IMG/VR virus record: IMGVR_UViG_3300020426_000380
Span: 1 to 29,489 of that record
Reading direction: 5' to 3' (one strand)
Length of the DNA stretch: 29,489 nt
From: a virus
Lineage: Duplodnaviria > Caudoviricetes
The translations under genes and the position numbers were made by a program. Shown here piece after piece: positions 24,696-29,489 of this stretch. Position 1 is the first letter of the stretch. The number at the start of each line of letters is the position of its first letter. A model generated the notes under the pieces. That model was not told the origin of the DNA, searched no databases, and saw only the letters and a program-made list of their open reading frames with translations.

Positions 24696-27600
24696 ATGGC
24701 AGGCAGGAGCAACCGCCGCGATCTCTACCTTCAGGTGTCCGGCGACATCAACGGCCTGCGCACCGCGATGACCGCCGGCAAAACGGTCATCAACGACTTC
24801 AGCGGCGCGGCGATCAATGTGATCGAGGAGGTCGAGAAGGAGCTGGCCAAGGTCGGCACGGGCGGCATGCCGGGCCTGAAGCAGACGGAAAAGGCCTATC
24901 AGGACACGTTCCGCCGCATCGGCGAGGCCGCCCGCCAGGCCGCCAATGCCCCAACCGATCAGGCGGCCGCGCAGATTCTGGACGCGAATGCGACGCGCGA
25001 GGCGGCCGCCGCCGCCACAGCGAAAGCGCAGAGCCTGCGCACGCTGGCGGAAGCCGCCGCCCGCGCCGACCAGTCCACCGGCGGCGCATCGACCGCGACG
25101 CGCGCCTATGCCGTCGCGGCCGCGACGGCCGCGGTCAATGCGGAGCAGGAGGCTGCCGCGCTGCGCGAGCAGCTGGTCGTGCTGCAGGCCGTCGAGCGCG
25201 AACTGGGCACCAGCACCGCGGCCCACCGCAAGCAGGTCGCGGTGTCGGGCGAGGCGCGCGCGGGCTATCAGCAGCTGTCCTATCAGCTGGGCGACGTCGC
25301 GACCCAATATGCGTCCGGCACATCGGCATCGATCATCTTCGCGCAGCAGTCGGGTCAGGTCATCCAGGCGATCAGCCTGATCACCGGCGAGACCAAGGGC
25401 TTTCTGGGCTTCCTCGGCGGCCCGTGGGGCATCGCTCTGACTTCAGCCGTCGTGATGCTGACGCCCTGGGTGGCCAAGCTGCTGGAAGGCAACGACGCGC
25501 TGGGGGATGCTGTCGAGAAGCTCAAGCAGGATGCGCAGGAGGCTGAAAACACGAGGCGGGCGCATGAGGCCTTCACGCAGACGATCGAGGGCCAGATCGA
25601 CGCGCAGCGCCGGCTCAACGAAGAACTGGATCGTTCGATCAAGACCCAGCGTCAGTTGGCGCAGGAGAAGGTTCGGGACGCCCAGGCCAACCTTGCATCC
25701 CAGCGCGAAAGCAAGGCGGATTTGCAGAAGCAGATCTCGGCTCAACAGGCGATCGTCGATGATTACCGGAAGCAGGTGGCGTCACCGGCATTCGGCACGA
25801 GTCCGGAAGAAATCATGGCGTTGGTCGCGATGGCTGGCCAGGCAGAACAGAAGCTTCAGGACCTCATCACAAAGATGGCCACCCTGACCGCATCCGTTGG
25901 AAAAAGCGAGCGGGCGGTTCGAGAGGCCCAGCAGCCCCTTATCCAGGCCGAAGTTGCAGCGGCATTCGATAAGAATGCCGCGGCGGCGCTGCGATATGAA
26001 ATTGCATTGGGCAAACTCAACCAGCAGCAGGCGATTGGCGCTGGCAAAAAGGGCGTGGTAGACTACCGCAATCCGGACGGAAGCATCACGCGCGGCACCC
26101 TGAACGGGATCAGCAACGAGCGCTACCGTTCCGAACTCGCCAGGATCACGAAGGAACGCGATGACGCGATCAAGGCTGCCGCTCAAGCGGCGAAGGCCGC
26201 TCCATCCCTAGGCCGGCAAATTGCCATTGAGCGCTCCCAAACCCTGCTGACGAGCGCGCAGCAGTATCGGGGGCTGAGCGAGACCGGCGACAATGCGCAG
26301 CTGCAGGCGCTGTTCAAGCAGGCTGGCGTCAATGTCGATCCGAAGATGGTCGCATGGTGCGCCGCCTTCGTGAATTCTGTGCTGGCCACGAACGGCTTGC
26401 CGGGGACTGGCAGCCTGTCGGCGCGCTCCTTCGCATCCTATGGCTCGGCGACCGACAAGCCTGTTGCCGGCGATATCGTCGTTTCCAAGCGCGGGACCGG
26501 GAACCAGGGCCATGTCGGCTTCTTCCAGGGCACGGATGCCAAGGGAAATATCCTGGTGTTCGGCGGGAACACGTCCGACAAGGTTGGCACGCAGACCGTC
26601 AAGCGCAGCGATGTGATCGCATTCCGCCGTCCCACCGGAACGGGCAACGGCAGCGCGGAAAGCGCAGCGAACCGCCAGACGCGCGACGAGGACGCCTATG
26701 CCTCGCTGCTGAGCCGGGTGAAGGACCAGCAGCTGCGGGTGGAGCAGTCGCGCCTGGTTACGATCAGCGAGCTGGCCGACAATGACCGGCGCCAGGTCGA
26801 CCTGGCCCGCGAGGATATCGAACGGGCGGCCGACAAGGGCGTCGCACTGAAGAAATGGACCGAAGCCGAGGCTGAGGCGGTCAAACTGATCGCATCGGAA
26901 AATGCCGAGAAGGAGAAGGCGGCGATCGCCGAGCGCGAGCGCGTCGCGCTCAAGCAGCAGGCGATCGATGGTGAAATGGCGCAACTGGACGGTCAGGCCG
27001 AGTTGCTTCAGCTGCAGGACCAGCTTGCCGGGACGTCCAAGGATCGCCGGCGGATCGCGCTGCAGCTGCTGGAGATCGAGGGCAAGCAGGCGCGGCTCGC
27101 CATCCAGCGCCAGCTGGAAGCCGAAAAGGATCCGGTGCGTCGAGCGCAACTAGCCGACGAATATAGCTTCCAGCAGCGATCGGAAGCCATGCGCCGCGAT
27201 ATCCTCAATCGGCAATATGCCAGTCCGATCGAAAAATATCGCCAGGAGCTCGCCGAGTTCGATATCGATGATCAGCTGGAATCGGCCGAGGTTCGGTTCT
27301 TCGAAAACCTCAACGACGAGCTCGCCGAAAGCGCCACTCGCTTCATCAAGCTGAAGGGGGTCGCCGGCGACTTCTTCAACCAGCTGATCGCCGATGTCAT
27401 CCGGCTGCAGATCAAGCAGGCGATGGCGGGCGGCGGCGGCCTGATTGGCGGGATCATAAAGTTAGGCGGCAGCCTGCTGGGTGTCGGCGGATCGACCCTG
27501 GACACGTCGAATATCGTCGTCAATCAGAGTTCGATCGACAATGTGTTCGGCAATATTTCGGGCTTTGATAGCGGCGGGTGGACCGGGAACGGCGCGCGCG

Positions 27601-27935
27601 GATCCGTCGCTGGCGTCGTGCACGGCCAGGAATATGTGTTCGACGCCGCGTCCACCGCGCGAATCGGGGTGGATACGCTGGATGCGCTGCGCGCCGGCAC
27701 GATGACGAGCAAGGTGCCGACGATGCCCAGCGTCGCGTCGGCCGAGCGGGCGGTGGCGGGGTCCTATACGCCGGTGCAGATCGGAGTGCTGGTCGAGCCG
27801 TCCCCCTATTTCCATGCTACGGTCGATGGTCGCGCCGCCGCGGTCGCCGCGCCGATGGCGGACAACGCGGCCGCGATGGGATCGACCGGAGCGCAGATCG
27901 CCATCGCCCGGCGCAGTGCGAAGGCCATTCCATGA
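24696..27935 (+). CDS. Tape measure protein with internal CHAP/NlpC-P60-like peptidoglycan hydrolase domain
   Basis: 1079 aa Ala/Gln-rich; QLSYQLGDVATQ...QQSGQ motif; WCAAFVN...GHVGFF...GGN domain; C-terminal FDSGGWTG...GVVHGQEYV. Confidence 0.93.
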   Translation: MAGRSNRRDLYLQVSGDINGLRTAMTAGKTVINDFSGAAINVIEEVEKELAKVGTGGMPGLKQTEKAYQDTFRRIGEAARQAANAPTDQAAAQILDANATREAAAAATAKAQSLRTLAEAAARADQSTGGASTATRAYAVAAATAAVNAEQEAAALREQLVVLQAVERELGTSTAAHRKQVAVSGEARAGYQQLSYQLGDVATQYASGTSASIIFAQQSGQVIQAISLITGETKGFLGFLGGPWGIALTSAVVMLTPWVAKLLEGNDALGDAVEKLKQDAQEAENTRRAHEAFTQTIEGQIDAQRRLNEELDRSIKTQRQLAQEKVRDAQANLASQRESKADLQKQISAQQAIVDDYRKQVASPAFGTSPEEIMALVAMAGQAEQKLQDLITKMATLTASVGKSERAVREAQQPLIQAEVAAAFDKNAAAALRYEIALGKLNQQQAIGAGKKGVVDYRNPDGSITRGTLNGISNERYRSELARITKERDDAIKAAAQAAKAAPSLGRQIAIERSQTLLTSAQQYRGLSETGDNAQLQALFKQAGVNVDPKMVAWCAAFVNSVLATNGLPGTGSLSARSFASYGSATDKPVAGDIVVSKRGTGNQGHVGFFQGTDAKGNILVFGGNTSDKVGTQTVKRSDVIAFRRPTGTGNGSAESAANRQTRDEDAYASLLSRVKDQQLRVEQSRLVTISELADNDRRQVDLAREDIERAADKGVALKKWTEAEAEAVKLIASENAEKEKAAIAERERVALKQQAIDGEMAQLDGQAELLQLQDQLAGTSKDRRRIALQLLEIEGKQARLAIQRQLEAEKDPVRRAQLADEYSFQQRSEAMRRDILNRQYASPIEKYRQELAEFDIDDQLESAEVRFFENLNDELAESATRFIKLKGVAGDFFNQLIADVIRLQIKQAMAGGGGLIGGIIKLGGSLLGVGGSTLDTSNIVVNQSSIDNVFGNISGFDSGGWTGNGARGSVAGVVHGQEYVFDAASTARIGVDTLDALRAGTMTSKVPTMPSVASAERAVAGSYTPVQIGVLVEPSPYFHATVDGRAAAVAAPMADNAAAMGSTGAQIAIARRSAKAIP

Positions 27936-28540
27936 TCCTGCTGCCCGAGAAGCCCGGCACCCGAGTCGATGCACCGCGACTGCTGGACTTCGGCGGTTTC
28001 CTGACCCCGTCAGGCGGCGGCCAGATGCAGCGCCTGAACCGCAAAGGCAATCGCTATGCCGTGGCCGTGACCATGCCGCCGATGCGAGAAGCGGCCGCGC
28101 GCATATTCGTCAATCGGTTGATCCGGGGCAAAAGCGAAGGGGTCAGGATGGCCTGGCCCCTGGACGGGTTCCGTCCCGGTTCGCCCAATATCGATGCGTC
28201 GACCGCGATCGTCGTCGACGGCGCAGGCCAGGCCGGCATGTCGCTGTCGGTGCAGAACGTCACGCCGCAATATGCCTTTCGCGAAGGGCAGCCGATCAGC
28301 CTGGAGATTTCCGGACAGCATTTTTTCGATTTCGTCAGCGCTCCGGTGATCGCCGACGCCAGCGGCCGCGCCACGGTGCCACTGACGCTGGAGCTGCGCG
28401 CGCCGCCCCCTTCCGGGTCGATCCTGCATGTCGCCAAGCCGATGATCGAGGGCTTCATCGTGGGAAGTGAAATCGCATGGGAGCAGGCGGTGTCAGGGTT
28501 TCGCGACAATATCCAATTCGACATCCAGGAGGCCCGCTGA
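27932..28540 (+). CDS. Putative distal tail protein (202 aa)
   Basis: ATGA overlap with the tape measure stop; position. Confidence 0.7.
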   Translation: MILLPEKPGTRVDAPRLLDFGGFLTPSGGGQMQRLNRKGNRYAVAVTMPPMREAAARIFVNRLIRGKSEGVRMAWPLDGFRPGSPNIDASTAIVVDGAGQAGMSLSVQNVTPQYAFREGQPISLEISGQHFFDFVSAPVIADASGRATVPLTLELRAPPPSGSILHVAKPMIEGFIVGSEIAWEQAVSGFRDNIQFDIQEAR

Positions 28541-29094
28541 TGGCGTTCACGGGTATGATCCTGAACCTCGTGGCGCTGATGAAGATCGAGCTTCCCGACC
28601 GCATTGTGCGGATGTGCGATGGCGGCTTCGTGTATTGGGGCGAGGAACTGTATGATTGCTTCGACGAGCAATTCGGCACCATCGCGAGCGCGGAGACATT
28701 CGAGGAAAAGACCGGGGATGAAGCGCCCGGGGGCAAGATCACCTTCCTTCCTCCAAGTTCCACAGCCGGAATCGCGATCAACAATCCGGGTCTGCAGGGA
28801 TCGCGCATGCGGTTCTGGCTGGGCGAATATGACCGGCAGACCGGGCACATCGTCGGGACGCCGGACCTGACGGCCGACCTGGCCATAGACACCACTGCGG
28901 TCAAGATCGGGAAGGGCACGCGGTCGGTCGACGTCGAGTTCGACAGTGCCGCCAAGCGATTGTTCATGGTGCTGCGTGGGAATGCGTTGAATGACCGTTT
29001 CCATCAATCCTGCTATGCGGGCGAACTCGGCATGGCGAACGCAACAGGAATGCCCCGGTCCACCGCCTGGGGCGCGGCGACGCCCAATTCATGA
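28540..29094 (+). CDS. Minor tail / tail-tip hub protein (184 aa)
   Basis: TGATG overlap; position after the distal tail protein. Confidence 0.65.
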   Translation: MAFTGMILNLVALMKIELPDRIVRMCDGGFVYWGEELYDCFDEQFGTIASAETFEEKTGDEAPGGKITFLPPSSTAGIAINNPGLQGSRMRFWLGEYDRQTGHIVGTPDLTADLAIDTTAVKIGKGTRSVDVEFDSAAKRLFMVLRGNALNDRFHQSCYAGELGMANATGMPRSTAWGAATPNS

Positions 29095-29489
29095 TCGACC
29101 TGGAAGCGCGTCGCGTGGCGACGGAAGCGACGCTCGCCAAATATCGCGGGCGCCGGCTGGACTATGCGCGGGCGGATTGCGTCCGCATGATCCGATTTCA
29201 TCTGCTGCAGCTTGGGCACAAGCCGCCGCCTATGCCCCGCTATCGATCCATCGTTGGCGCGCGCCGCGCCTATCTGCAGGCCGGCGGCCTGGTCACGGTG
29301 CTGGATGGCCTGTTGCCGCGCATTCCCCATGCCCGCATGGTCCTGGGCGACGTAGCGGTCCTGGATGGCGACAGCGAGATGGACGCCGCCGTGATCTGCG
29401 TCGGGCATAAGGTGATTGGCTGGCACCAGGATAGCGAGCAGCTGGAAAACCTCGTCCCGCTCGAAATCAAGGCGGCCTGGAGGGTCTGA
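29091..29489 (+). CDS. NlpC/P60-like tail assembly protein (DUF6950-like)
   Basis: DYARADCVRM...GDVAV motif; position in tail-tip cluster. Confidence 0.7.
   Translation: MIDLEARRVATEATLAKYRGRRLDYARADCVRMIRFHLLQLGHKPPPMPRYRSIVGARRAYLQAGGLVTVLDGLLPRIPHARMVLGDVAVLDGDSEMDAAVICVGHKVIGWHQDSEQLENLVPLEIKAAWRV

Larger units (their letters stand above)
1..29489. mobile_element. Temperate siphovirus-type prophage (partial; both ends outside window)
   Basis: cI/cro switch, terminase, portal, protease, HK97 capsid, tail tube, tape measure and tail-tip genes in canonical order; no host housekeeping genes seen. Confidence 0.95.

Noticed and set aside
27578-27931. Extended N-terminus of the 27578-28540 ORF (and similar long starts at 420, 3788, 6110, 6563, 6735, 11083)
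   Set aside because: Extensions overlap neighbouring genes or regulatory DNA; downstream coupled, RBS-bearing or motif-defined starts fit better
17864-29489. Cluster as a gene transfer agent
   Set aside because: Linked to a cI/cro switch, HNH/cos-type packaging and accessory morons, which indicate a true prophage despite GTA-like tail genes

Overview
The whole window is part of a GC-rich temperate siphovirus prophage, probably in a sphingomonad alphaproteobacterium (inferred from a GapR homologue, GTTC-N7-GTTC SOS boxes and GTA-like tail genes). Left (1-6564, minus strand): a tightly coupled early operon with cro-like, cII-like, XRE/Zn-finger, GapR, a large ParB-family protein and small hypotheticals. 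Centre: a divergent cI-like repressor without a peptidase domain, with three ATAG-N6-CTAT operators at 24-bp spacing. It is followed by a lower-GC accessory island (ParB/Srx-like protein, restriction-endonuclease-fold protein, convergent D12-class adenine methyltransferase; a candidate defence system), a SRAP peptidase with a LexA box, and a lipoprotein. Next comes an apparent SOS-wired late switch: a LexA-DBD-only protein and a Q-like regulator flanked by a 23-bp repeated promoter motif, then a terminator. Right (13600-29489, plus strand): small late genes, DUF3164, HNH, cos-like site, terminase, portal, ClpP-type protease, HK97 capsid, head-tail joining genes, tail tube, frameshifted chaperones, tape measure with an internal peptidoglycan-hydrolase domain, and tail-tip genes. 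No integrase, replication or lysis genes, att sites, tRNA or CRISPR array were recognised. Family assignments come from motif recognition; no database search was run.
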